A stretch of 64,000 bases of DNA from Verrucomicrobiota bacterium (GTDB lineage: Bacteria > Verrucomicrobiota > Verrucomicrobiia > Limisphaerales > AAA164-E04). Below are positions 30,022 to 40,006 of this stretch, piece after piece. The first letter of the stretch is position 1. Every line of letters begins with the position of its first letter. Made by a program: the position numbers and the translations under genes. The DNA lies in NCBI GenBank assembly GCA_047947115.1, contig CP170459.1:224001-288000 (forward strand), given 5' to 3'. The notes beneath the pieces are model-generated. The model made no database searches, was not told the origin of the DNA, and saw only the letters and a list, made by a program, of their open reading frames with translations.

Positions 30022-31239
30022 TTATGATTTGGACAGGCATATCAAATGACCGACATCATTGCGCACGTAGATGCGTTGATTGGCAAAAACAGGCGTGGTC
30101 CAGCAGGTGGAGTCCAGGACCTTTTTGCGTGAGACTTCCTTGAACGCCAGTTTATTAATATCCGTCACGGCCAGTTCGCCGGCTTCATTGAGGGACAGAA
30201 TGTGATCCCCCACCCCAATGGTGTTTCCAAAACCGAATCCGTCTTTGGTCCAGAGAATATTGCCCGAACTCAAGTCAGCCGCAAACAAGCGGCTGTTGCG
30301 GTTGCCCTGTTTGCCATCGATCCCGTAAATCACGCCACCCGCGATCACGCTGTTGTTCATCGCGTTTTTGATTTCCTTGGTATTCCAAACGGATGACAGT
30401 GCGGCACCATCAAAGGCCAGCAATTCGGAATTCATATTGCCGGAGACAAAGATGCGGTTACCATGATCAAGCACCACGGGTGTTGTGGCCTGCATGTTGA
30501 ATTGGGCTTTCCAGGGATGCCGTGCCAATTCCTTGCCATCGACGGATTGAAGGATGCTCAACCCTGCACCATCCAGTGCAGCGATATACTCTTTGGAATT
30601 TCGTTTGAAAACAACCGGGGTTGTGTAGCCCACCTGATTTTCGTCGGAAGTCACCCAAAGGGTATCGCCGGTAGCGGCATCAATGGCGGCGGTTTTGCCT
30701 GCAGCCACATAGATGTGACCATCGTGCAAGACAGGAGAACTGGCGAAGCCCCAGTTGGGCACCTTGACGCCCAGGACTTCCACGAGGTTCACCTTCCAGT
30801 TTGTCGAACCATCCGCGACTTTCAAACTGTGAAGTTGTCCATCTTTGCTCAGCACAAAGACGCGACTGCCGTCAAAGGTCGGGGTCGCATTCGGGCCGCC
30901 TTTGTGCATCCGTGGAAGGAGTTCGGCTTCGTAGGAGTAATGCCATTTTTCCTTACCGGTATTGGCATCCAGGCAATAAACCGTCTCCTTTCCTTCAGCA
31001 TCATGCCCCATTGCAAATGCCAGGCCTTCCGCAACCGTAATGGAGGCATACCCCACCCCGATCTGCTTTTCCCAGGCCACTGAATAATGGGAAAGGTCCG
31101 GAGCGAATCCCTCACCTGCGACTTGATTACTGCCTTCGGGTCCCAGCCACTGGGGCCAGTCTTCCGCCTTGCTCGTATTCGAAAACAAGCCTGTCGCCAA
31201 ACACATGCCGACGGCCAATACTGGAATGTTCTTCTTCAT
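30022..31239 (-). CDS. PQQ-binding-like beta-propeller repeat protein
   Basis: Signal peptide, [27 protein letters not shown]...IYVRN. Confidence 0.88.
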   Translation of the reverse strand: MKKNIPVLAVGMCLATGLFSNTSKAEDWPQWLGPEGSNQVAGEGFAPDLSHYSVAWEKQIGVGYASITVAEGLAFAMGHDAEGKETVYCLDANTGKEKWHYSYEAELLPRMHKGGPNATPTFDGSRVFVLSKDGQLHSLKVADGSTNWKVNLVEVLGVKVPNWGFASSPVLHDGHIYVAAGKTAAIDAATGDTLWVTSDENQVGYTTPVVFKRNSKEYIAALDGAGLSILQSVDGKELARHPWKAQFNMQATTPVVLDHGNRIFVSGNMNSELLAFDGAALSSVWNTKEIKNAMNNSVIAGGVIYGIDGKQGNRNSRLFAADLSSGNILWTKDGFGFGNTIGVGDHILSLNEAGELAVTDINKLAFKEVSRKKVLDSTCWTTPVFANQRIYVRNDVGHLICLSKS

Positions 31240-31270
31240 CTTGAATGTTTCTTCAGGTTGATATGGATGA

Positions 31271-31942
31271 CTACACATCGGCGGGAGTCCAGCCAAGATA
31301 CACATCGAACCTGGCGGCCAGTTCACCGATTTTGGAATTCGGGATGGGTTCAAAAGGAATGGTCACGTTTGCCTGTTGTTTCGGATCGGTGATTCGTTTC
31401 CAAATACCGTCCTTGGGATTTTGTTCATGCCCTTTGATGTAGCATTGCGTGGTCAACAGCTCTTTGCCTTGACGTTTCACCTTGAAGTGGATGTGCGGCG
31501 TGCGTCCGGGATAAGGAACCGGTTTGATGGTGCGAAACACATACTCGCCGGTTGAACCGGTCAGGAAACGACCGAAACACTGGAAGTTGGTATCGCGTCG
31601 TTTCAGGTCGTCGCCACTGCCCGAGTGATAATACACACCTTTGGCATCACACTGCCAGATTTCGACCAGGGCGTTGCGGACAGGTTCCCCCCGGCCATCC
31701 AGGATACGACCGCTCAACCAGGTCACTTCCCCGATACCGGGAGTGGTTTGATCATTGATGATCAACAGATCGTTATCGGTGTCCAAAGGCAGAGTGTCGG
31801 GATAAAACGGTCCTTCGGTTTGCTTGGGTGTGCGAACCAGTTCCTCGGCAAAGAGTCCGGGAACCTGCCAAAGTGCGGCGCCCAGGGCGGTGGTTTTCAA
31901 GAATTGGCGGCGAGTGTGGATGTGAAAGGGTTGTAGATTCAT
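31271..31942 (-). CDS. Tat-exported intradiol ring-cleavage dioxygenase (protocatechuate 3,4-dioxygenase-like)
   Basis: TRRQFL; TEGPFYP, VEIWQCDAKGVY, YPGRTPHIHFKV. Confidence 0.88.
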   Translation of the reverse strand: MNLQPFHIHTRRQFLKTTALGAALWQVPGLFAEELVRTPKQTEGPFYPDTLPLDTDNDLLIINDQTTPGIGEVTWLSGRILDGRGEPVRNALVEIWQCDAKGVYYHSGSGDDLKRRDTNFQCFGRFLTGSTGEYVFRTIKPVPYPGRTPHIHFKVKRQGKELLTTQCYIKGHEQNPKDGIWKRITDPKQQANVTIPFEPIPNSKIGELAARFDVYLGWTPADV

Positions 31943-32013
31943 AACGGTTTGTTTCGTGTGAAAAGAGACGATGACTAAGGGTTCAATTAAAAGACAACTT
32001 GAATACGCATTTG

Positions 32014-34824
32014 TTACAGGTTTTGGTTTGGACCATCTGCTTTCTTGTTCTCGGTCACTTCGGCCGAAAAGGTGATGGATGAAACAGACATCAAATTCGC
32101 GCCATCCTCCGCGGCGTCATTACGGAAGATCAAACAAAGGTCCTTCTTGCCGCTCACTTCGCGAATGGCGATATAGACCGGATCACGACGGAAGCCACCA
32201 AAGCCGCGACGTCCCCCACCCTGAGGTGGTTCGGGAGCATCCAATGTCGCCGCTCCCAGCAACTCGCCCTTTGGACCGCCCAAACGCACTTCAATCGTGC
32301 CGCCGGTGTGATTGCTGCGCGCCATGACATTGGCCATGAAGTCCAACTGTTTGACTTGTGTCAGATCGATATTCTTGAACACGGCATGCGATCCCTTGGA
32401 AACCGTTGCCCCGAACCGACCGGTCTCGATGCCATCCAACACATCAGCAGCGCTTACTTGAAGCGTGGCGGAGCGCAACAACTCGATGGTCTGCGAGGTC
32501 AAGGAAGCAGCCAGATCATCCCCGGCATCCTTGTAAACCGCACGCATCAACACGGCACCCGGATCAACCGGACCACGACCGAATCCACCCCGCCCCTGAG
32601 GGGCTGCCGGAGCTACAGGGGTATACGCTCCCACCAGAGCAGGCCCCTGATTTCCATCATCAGCCAAACTTAACACATATTTCAAAATCTGTTTGGCTTC
32701 ATCTTCCGTGAGGAGCGCGTTTGGCGGCATGGGCACTTCGCCCCAAACGCCCCGGCCACCGCCCACCACTTTGCCGGCGAGATCGTCCAACGCGTTTTCA
32801 TCGTCCTTGTATTTGGCGGCGATTTCCTTGAATGCAGGTCCCACCAATTTCGCATCCACCAGGTGACAGGATCTGCAATTGGCTTTGGCGATGATGGATT
32901 GTGCCACCGGGAAACGAGAGGTGGCGGCGTCATCCAAGGGCATTTGCCTCAGGGACTCCACATCGAAGTTGGAATCCACCTGATCGATGCTGAAGGTGAT
33001 TTTCTCCGCATCAATGTCACCCTTTGAAAACGTGCCGTCTTCCGCATCCACGACTTCCACCGCATACTCCACAGGAGCGCCGGGAAAGAAGAAAGAGCGG
33101 TTGCCCTTGAACTGAATGGACACTTTGGGAGGTTCGTTTCCGGACACGATCGGCAGGGAAACCGAATCACTCGCCCCCGAAGGATCCGTCACCGTCAGAC
33201 GCGCGTTGTAAGTGCCAATGGATGTCAGGGTAACCGTAGGATTCGGTTCCTCCTTGACTTGAACATTGCCGCCGGCATCGACGATTTCCCAGCGATAGCT
33301 GAGATCATCGTTGTCGTAATCTTCCGTTCCGGCAGATGAAAGCGAAACCTCAAAGGGAGGCACACCGCCTTTTTTATCGCTCTTGGCCACGACGATGGGT
33401 TGACGGTTGCCGCCTTCAAAAGCGATGCGAACCAGCCTGGCCTCCTGACTGTACTGGAACCAGCGACCACCATATTCCAACACATACAAATCCCCGTTGG
33501 GTCCAAACTTGATATCAATCGGTTCCACGGGACGGTAATCAGGAAGAAATCGTTCCAACGATTTGAAATCACCATTGTCCTCCATCGAAATCACAAACAA
33601 GGCCCGACGGGAAAACTCGGCTACGATCCACTTTCCTTCGAAATAAGCCGGCCAGGGACGCTCGGCATTCGGAAAGTCGCCACGATGATAGATGGGGCCA
33701 CCTGTAGCGGAACGACCTCCGGTGCCGAGTGCCGGGAATTCGGGGGATTCGTCATATGGATAATACACGAACGAGGGAGCCAAATGAGGCAACTCGACGA
33801 GTCCGGTATTATTGGGAGAAAGATTGGTGGGAGCTTTGGGATCCTTCTTCTTCCCCGGAGTGTTGGTTTCGTAGTCCATGACCGGATAAGCAAAATCCCC
33901 CACGAAATAAGGCCAGCCAAAGAAACCGGGTTCGCGTGCCTGATTGAACTCGTCGTATCCTTTGGGCCCGATTTCACTGTGTTGTCGCGCATCCGGCCCG
34001 ACCTCTCCCCAGTAAAGCCAGCCTGTTTCGCTGTCAACCGCAACGCGCCAGGCGTTACGATGCCCCATGGTGTAGATCTCCGGGCGCGTGTTGGGCATGG
34101 TCAGGGGAAAGAGGTTTCCCGAAGGGATCGAGTAGGAACCATCCGGCTCGGGATGAATACGCAGGATCTTTCCTTCAAGACTGTTGGTGTTGGCGGCGCC
34201 TCGCTGGTCGTCCCAACTGCTTCTACCCGGACGCTCGTCGGTGTGTGCAGCCTGATTATTGCCAGTGTTGTTTCCGATGGTGATATACAGATTGCCGGCG
34301 GCATCCCAGGCCATTCCACCACCTGTATGACAGCAGGTCTCGCGTTGGGCGGGAAATTCGAGCATCACGATCTCGGAATTGGCGACCAGCGTATTATTGA
34401 AGATCTCCCACCGGCTGATCACCGCCTTGGCATCAACCGGATCGTGGTAGTAGAGATACATCCAACCATTCTCCTCAAAATTGGGATCAAGGGTCATCCC
34501 TGCCAAACCCTGTTCATTGTTGCCGGTGGAGTTGACATACAACTGACCGACGGATTTGACACTGGCGTCCACGGGATCAAAAAGCTTCACGGCACCACGT
34601 CGTTCGATGATGAACACTCGGCCGTCCTCCAACACCTCAAACGACATGGGCTCATTGAGCGTGCCTTCCGTCACCACAACGGGTGTGAAACGATTGTCGT
34701 CCGGTTTCAGGAGGGGGTCGGTCTCAAAAGCATTGGGATCGGCAGCTTGAAGACCAACCAGTGACACACCGGCGGCAAGAACGCAACCCAGCAGGTTGCC
34801 CAATATGGATTTGATCGTATACAT
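32014..34824 (-). CDS. PQQ-dependent sugar dehydrogenase-like propeller + PKD + cytochrome c + CBM6-like multidomain protein
   Basis: CCHTGG, GKILRIHP, EIYTMGHRNAWR, VGPDA; PKD motif YRW...GTYNARLTVTD; heme motif CRSCH...VGP...VWGEVPM; C-terminal IDL...GGTIEVRLG. Confidence 0.88.
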   Translation of the reverse strand: MYTIKSILGNLLGCVLAAGVSLVGLQAADPNAFETDPLLKPDDNRFTPVVVTEGTLNEPMSFEVLEDGRVFIIERRGAVKLFDPVDASVKSVGQLYVNSTGNNEQGLAGMTLDPNFEENGWMYLYYHDPVDAKAVISRWEIFNNTLVANSEIVMLEFPAQRETCCHTGGGMAWDAAGNLYITIGNNTGNNQAAHTDERPGRSSWDDQRGAANTNSLEGKILRIHPEPDGSYSIPSGNLFPLTMPNTRPEIYTMGHRNAWRVAVDSETGWLYWGEVGPDARQHSEIGPKGYDEFNQAREPGFFGWPYFVGDFAYPVMDYETNTPGKKKDPKAPTNLSPNNTGLVELPHLAPSFVYYPYDESPEFPALGTGGRSATGGPIYHRGDFPNAERPWPAYFEGKWIVAEFSRRALFVISMEDNGDFKSLERFLPDYRPVEPIDIKFGPNGDLYVLEYGGRWFQYSQEARLVRIAFEGGNRQPIVVAKSDKKGGVPPFEVSLSSAGTEDYDNDDLSYRWEIVDAGGNVQVKEEPNPTVTLTSIGTYNARLTVTDPSGASDSVSLPIVSGNEPPKVSIQFKGNRSFFFPGAPVEYAVEVVDAEDGTFSKGDIDAEKITFSIDQVDSNFDVESLRQMPLDDAATSRFPVAQSIIAKANCRSCHLVDAKLVGPAFKEIAAKYKDDENALDDLAGKVVGGGRGVWGEVPMPPNALLTEDEAKQILKYVLSLADDGNQGPALVGAYTPVAPAAPQGRGGFGRGPVDPGAVLMRAVYKDAGDDLAASLTSQTIELLRSATLQVSAADVLDGIETGRFGATVSKGSHAVFKNIDLTQVKQLDFMANVMARSNHTGGTIEVRLGGPKGELLGAATLDAPEPPQGGGRRGFGGFRRDPVYIAIREVSGKKDLCLIFRNDAAEDGANLMSVSSITFSAEVTENKKADGPNQNL

Positions 34825-35049
34825 GTCGTTCGAACTGTGTTACGTGAGTCTGAATGGATAACATGAAAACGCGTTTCAAGACAAGAAACGATCCCATGAG
34901 ACCATCACCTACTCGACGATAAAACTGGAACTCGACAAGATGGACCGAAAAACGGAACAACTGGTTACATCATATTTCCCATCGGAATGCATTCTATCGA
35001 CAGAAGCACAAGAATCCTATTTTGCAAATTCTTGCCCTGCTGAGGAATA

Positions 35050-36381
35050 TCAGGATGAAACCGGGTCTTCCAGCTGGCGCTGAGGATTGTCCGCCCAGAA
35101 ACTGAGCAGCGCAAACAGGGCGGGCACGAAGATGCTGATAAACAGAACCGGGCGATAAGATCCCGTCCACTGTTCAGACCAACCAAAAAGGAGCGGCCCC
35201 AACCCGCTGGCGATGACCATGGTGGACATGTTGACTCCGCTGATGGATCCGAGCCAAAGCCTGCCGAAAAACCTGGGCCAGATGATGCCTGACAAACTGA
35301 CGAAACCACCCCCGGCGATACCATTGCCGATGACATATGCAGCCACCCCCCAATCGTTCGTCAATTGATACAGCCCCGCCACACCTGCCAAACCGCCCAA
35401 ATTCATCAGCACCAATAAATACTTCAATCGAAGCCTGGCATTGATCCAACCAAAACTCAGGTTCGTGGTAATACTGACCAACGCCATCGGAACAAACAGA
35501 GTCAAGATGCGTTCACGATCAAAACCAAACGCCTCCCCCATTGACAAAATATGAAAAGTGAACGCGGTTGCGAATAGTGCATAAAAGGCAAAGGACAAAT
35601 TGAACACCCAGAAGGAAAACGTCTTGAGCGTTTCATTGAGCGTAAAATCGTGATGAATGTGCATGTCACGGTTGACCGATCCGGTGCGTTTCACCGAGCC
35701 CCCATCCATCACCAACCCGCAATCCTCTGGACGATCCCGAAACACCGCCCAGGCAACCGGCACCATCACCACGATTGTCAGCAAACCAATCACGCGCCAG
35801 GCGCCGTCGTGACCGTAGCGTTCGACCAGATCATTCAACCACCGTGGCGCCACTGAAAATCCAAACGAAACAAACACACCACTCACGGCGAGCGCCATGC
35901 CACGTTTGACATCAAACCACTTCCCAATGACATTGCGGCAAGTCATGGAAAGCACACCCTGAGCGGACACACGAATCAGATAAAACCCAATCCCAATGCA
36001 AACAAAAGCACAAGCCGTATGCCAGGATGCCGGAAGCAATACGGAAATGGTTCGATTCAGCGAAGTGACCAGACTGAGGTAAAACAACACCAAGCCGGTT
36101 GCCAGAGCGGAAGCAATCGTCATGCGACGTTCTCCCCATCGATCCACCAAGCGGCCCATACGAGGCAAAGTCAAACCACTGGCAACCGTCCCGACACAAT
36201 AAGCCAGACTCAAGGTGACACGGGACAATCCCAATTTCTCCATGAGGATATCCGTGAACACACTGAACCCCATGGTCTGCCCCGGAATGGTAAACAAAGT
36301 CCCCAAGGTGGCTCCAAACACAATGATCCAGCCATAAAAAAAGGAAAACCGCCCCGGGTCCCAGGGCATGTTCGTCGCCAA
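35050..36381 (-). CDS. MFS transporter
   Basis: FFYGWIIV, motif A GRLVDRWGERR, about 12 hydrophobic segments, FFGRLWLGSI. Confidence 0.9.
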   Translation of the reverse strand: MATNMPWDPGRFSFFYGWIIVFGATLGTLFTIPGQTMGFSVFTDILMEKLGLSRVTLSLAYCVGTVASGLTLPRMGRLVDRWGERRMTIASALATGLVLFYLSLVTSLNRTISVLLPASWHTACAFVCIGIGFYLIRVSAQGVLSMTCRNVIGKWFDVKRGMALAVSGVFVSFGFSVAPRWLNDLVERYGHDGAWRVIGLLTIVVMVPVAWAVFRDRPEDCGLVMDGGSVKRTGSVNRDMHIHHDFTLNETLKTFSFWVFNLSFAFYALFATAFTFHILSMGEAFGFDRERILTLFVPMALVSITTNLSFGWINARLRLKYLLVLMNLGGLAGVAGLYQLTNDWGVAAYVIGNGIAGGGFVSLSGIIWPRFFGRLWLGSISGVNMSTMVIASGLGPLLFGWSEQWTGSYRPVLFISIFVPALFALLSFWADNPQRQLEDPVSS

Positions 36382-36474
36382 CCAGGATCGCCGCGCATTT
36401 GATTCGGAAGATGATTCAGTCGTTTTCAGAGCGGAGAACTTCTCAGTTTTCCATGGATAAACAAGGGGATTCGT

Positions 36475-36747
36475 TTAAAAGAATAGATCACTGTGAGTTC
36501 CGGTCCGTTCCAATCTCAGCAGGTCTTCATCGACTTCAATGGTATAAATGAGCAACCAGTCCGGTTCAATGTGGCACTCTCGCGAACCTTTCTAATCCCC
36601 TATGAGAGCATGATCCCGATGCTTGGGATGAAGAGGCTCGCTTCTGGCCAATGAGGAAACAATCATTTTGATTTTCCCCAAATCTTTCCCTCTTTTTACC
36701 GCTCTCTTCAGGTCTTTGGAAAACCTTTTGGTTTGTTGAAGGCGCAT
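36475..36747 (-). pseudogene. yafQ: YafQ-family toxin with a premature stop
   Basis: MRLQQTKRFSKDLKR...RDHALIGD*KGSRECHIEPDWLLIY...RTGTHSDLFF; TAG at 36592-36594 where the family usually has Trp or Tyr. Confidence 0.88.
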
Positions 36748-37007
36748 CAGTGCTCCCAACTTGCAAACATATCATCAAGTGAGTTGAATTCTTCAATATC
36801 CTTCCCCTCACGACTATCCTCCAGGACTCGCCGGGTCTCCGCATTAGGAATTTTGAGAGGAAAGGGCAAACCTTTGTGAAGACTGACCTGCGTATAAAAA
36901 AGCCTGATGGCTTCGGTTGGCGACATGCCCAGTTTTCCGAACACGGCTTCGGCTTTCTTCTTCACGCTCGGCTCAATACGCGCATGCACCACGGCTGATT
37001 TACTCAT
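36747..37007 (-). CDS. dinJ: RelB/DinJ-family antitoxin
   Basis: VHARIEPSVKKKAEAVF..LGMSPTEAIRLFY...GLPF..IPNAET; TGATG overlap with yafQ. Confidence 0.9.
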   Translation of the reverse strand: MSKSAVVHARIEPSVKKKAEAVFGKLGMSPTEAIRLFYTQVSLHKGLPFPLKIPNAETRRVLEDSREGKDIEEFNSLDDMFASWEH

Positions 37008-37133
37008 GCACTTTACGTATCACATATGCAACACACGGTCAAGATCGAGAAGATGGGATTTGGAATAGAAGGAATCCCTTTCAGTAATTGTCCTGACCAT
37101 TTAATTTGAATAACGAACCATCATAGGAAGTCT

Positions 37134-37934
37134 ATGTTGTTTCCAAATCAAACACATATGATTTTCGGCAATCATTCCAATCTGAAAAAAATTGGATGGA
37201 CGACAGGTTTCTTCGTGTTGTGCGTCGGCCTCTATCTGTCGTTACGCACCCAAGCCCCGCTTTTCGAAGGCCATACCATGGAATGGTGGCTGAATGATTT
37301 TTCTCAGACAAGTTTTCGATCAGGACCTCACGTAACCGAACGCCAAAAAAAGGCCATCGAAGCATTTCACCATTTTGGAAAACAGGGACTTGAGTTTCTG
37401 TTGGATGAAATGAGCATGCCTCGCGGTTTTATATCTCGCTACAAAATCAAGCTGACGAAAAAACTACGCCAAGCAAGCTGGGGAAAGTTTTTAGGCTTCA
37501 AACAGCGAGCTTCACGGGGCGAACAAGCGGGATTTCTGTTTCGTCATCTGGAATTTCCGCTGGAGCGGACCGAAGTCCAGTTGAATCAATTGAACTCAGC
37601 CGACTACTACGAGATGTACTACGCACCGGTGGTCTTACGCCAAGCAACCAACCACCAGGCTGATATAATTCGCTCAATGGGCCCCTTTTTGAATCACACT
37701 AATGCCTCGTGGACAAGCCTGGCGGCAGGAACCATTGCCAAGCTTTACCAAAAAACCGATACGGTCCAGGAATTGGCCGACTACCTGCCCGGAATGCCCC
37801 CCATAAGGGACACAACAGCACTGATGACCATTCTCGAAACTTTATCTGCGAAAATCTGCGACTTCTCGAAGATCTCAAGTCTGCGCATACCCGTCAGATT
37901 AATGAATTTTTCATTGATTCTTTTAAGATACTAA
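37134..37934 (+). CDS. Hypothetical membrane-anchored protein, possibly 3'-degenerate
   Basis: 266-aa ORF with an N-terminal TM segment and helical character; the 3' end runs into AT-rich sequence. Confidence 0.5.
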   Translation: MLFPNQTHMIFGNHSNLKKIGWTTGFFVLCVGLYLSLRTQAPLFEGHTMEWWLNDFSQTSFRSGPHVTERQKKAIEAFHHFGKQGLEFLLDEMSMPRGFISRYKIKLTKKLRQASWGKFLGFKQRASRGEQAGFLFRHLEFPLERTEVQLNQLNSADYYEMYYAPVVLRQATNHQADIIRSMGPFLNHTNASWTSLAAGTIAKLYQKTDTVQELADYLPGMPPIRDTTALMTILETLSAKICDFSKISSLRIPVRLMNFSLILLRY

Positions 37935-38374
37935 TACGCTTTCAATGTTTATGTTACGCTACCTTTATCCATTCATTGTCACCCACTGCTTCGCGTCTTT
38001 GCGCCTCCGCGCCTTTGCTATAAAAACAGGCAATCATTGAAAACTTCGTGACCTACAAAAAGGTTCAGTGGAAGATTCGCTAACGTGTAAAAGAACCGTA
38101 CTGAAATTGATTCCCAAATGATGAATCCGTCTCCCTCAATCCGGATGAGCGCCAAGGCGCAAAGAATTCTGTGGACCACGCTCTTTAGGAAAACCTTGGT
38201 AAATGTGTCATTGCAACTGATAAAACAGTCATTTCAAACCTGTCTTCGTGTCATTCACGGCTTCGTGGTAAAAATGAAAACCTACCTTTCAGATCCAAAA
38301 CGGGTTGTACAACCGCGTGGCGCTATCCTGACGTGCATGCGCGTCTGCGGTGGTGCGGATAAAAAACAAACATC

Positions 38375-39835
38375 TCACAAGCCCGACGGCTCCGGCCAAA
38401 GCAACTCTTTCTCCACCGGCGCCACACCCTTTGGTAGCGTTTTTTCCATCATGTAGTAGACCTCCACGTTGTGGATCGGCGGATCACCAGGATGCTTTTC
38501 TTGCCAAGTGGATTTGAAATGATCAACGACCCGCTCCCATAATCCGGATTGTCCCGAAAGATCATAAAGCATCATCATGTATTCCTTCCAGCGATCACTC
38601 GGGAAAGTTTTCAGCACATCTTCAGGTTTTTCCCACAAGGAAGATCGCTCCGGATCCAGCAGATCAAACCGGGAACCATCCTCGCGTTCCGCCAGCATCA
38701 CATACCAACCGTCGTGAACCATGGGGTTCGGGGAAAACATGCCCCAATACTGATCCATACGCAGCAAACTGACCACCTGGGCCGCCCAGTTTGGCATGCG
38801 ACTTTTCAGTGTATCGGGATAATCCCAGGTCATCCATACGTTCCAAACCAGCATGAACACCAGCATCCAGGCAACGAGACGTTCCTTCAGGGCGGTGGAA
38901 CATGTCTCGCGTTTCAAAAGGACCGGACCACGTCCAAAACCAAACCAAGTCCAGACATGCCCCGGCACATGCGGCAACAATGCCAAGGTCGAAATGAAAG
39001 GAAACAATCCGATATCCAAGGTCAGCCAGAATGAAAACTGCAACACCAACAACAGACCCATACCGATCAATCGCAACAAGGTTCCGCGGGCGAGCAACAA
39101 CAAGGGAGCCACCCCCTCCACCAACAAGGTCAACCACGTCAGGTAACGAAGTATGGAGTCCGGCAATGATTTCAACCAGACAGCCGCAGGCAACGCAAAC
39201 TGATCGATCTCCAACGCATCATGCAAAGCCGATCCATCCAGCCAGGTATCTCCATGCTTGCGCAACACCGAGAACAAATACATGACACACACCTGCAGCC
39301 GAAGCCCCCACCCGGCCCAGCTACTCAGCGCCATTGAGTCGGATCCATTGCCCACATCGCTTTTCTTCCCACAAGCGAACCTTGCCCCCATTGGCAGAAA
39401 GCAGGACCATAGCAGCATGAGAAAAAGCAGTTTATCGCCCCCGTAATTGGTCCAGGGATTACGCGCCTGTATGGAGTGCAAAAAAATCAAGGCAACACAA
39501 GACATCCATCTCGCACGCCACCCAGCAGCCAGCAAGAAGGAAGCAACGACCCCCACCCCACAACAAGCCCGGATCCATTCGACACGATCGGAGATTACGC
39601 ATACCGACCAAAACCAGGGCCAGGATTGCTGGGGCAAGTGCCGGAGGGTTTCCAAGGGGAGGACGCCTTCCGCCGAATACAGAGAAGAAGCCTGCAGCAT
39701 GCGGAGCGAGAAATCCACCATGAGCAACAAACCCAGACACATCCTGAAAACAGCAAGCGAACGCAGATCCACCGCCAGATGCTGATCCAGTCGGTGGTGA
39801 ATTCGTTTCAATGAAATGAAATGCATTCGGTTCAT
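38375..39835 (-). CDS. HTTM domain-containing membrane protein
   Basis: DLRSLAVFR, YSAEGVLP, RNP..NYGGD, W.DGSAL, IGLFP, DQYWGMFSP, RWKEY. Confidence 0.85.
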   Translation of the reverse strand: MNRMHFISLKRIHHRLDQHLAVDLRSLAVFRMCLGLLLMVDFSLRMLQASSLYSAEGVLPLETLRHLPQQSWPWFWSVCVISDRVEWIRACCGVGVVASFLLAAGWRARWMSCVALIFLHSIQARNPWTNYGGDKLLFLMLLWSCFLPMGARFACGKKSDVGNGSDSMALSSWAGWGLRLQVCVMYLFSVLRKHGDTWLDGSALHDALEIDQFALPAAVWLKSLPDSILRYLTWLTLLVEGVAPLLLLARGTLLRLIGMGLLLVLQFSFWLTLDIGLFPFISTLALLPHVPGHVWTWFGFGRGPVLLKRETCSTALKERLVAWMLVFMLVWNVWMTWDYPDTLKSRMPNWAAQVVSLLRMDQYWGMFSPNPMVHDGWYVMLAEREDGSRFDLLDPERSSLWEKPEDVLKTFPSDRWKEYMMMLYDLSGQSGLWERVVDHFKSTWQEKHPGDPPIHNVEVYYMMEKTLPKGVAPVEKELLWPEPSGL

Positions 39836-40006
39836 GCTGATGTCTGCCCCCCTCAAGCAAAACCGCAGACCATCTGCCATGGATGACCTGCACTTGCTTT
39901 CCGGGCAAGGCGTATGAAACCACAGAGGGAGCAGAGATCACAGAGTAAATTCCTCATCATTCAAGCCTGTCTTGATTTTATCCGGATCAACCCTTAGAAC
40001 ATCCTC

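Noticed and set aside
36592..36594. Amber recoding (pyrrolysine or alternative code) in yafQ
   Set aside because: TAG ends several normal genes in the window and no pyl machinery is visible.
38040..38374. ORF 38118..38456
   Set aside because: AT-rich, no motifs, and overlaps the 3' end of the HTTM gene on the opposite strand.
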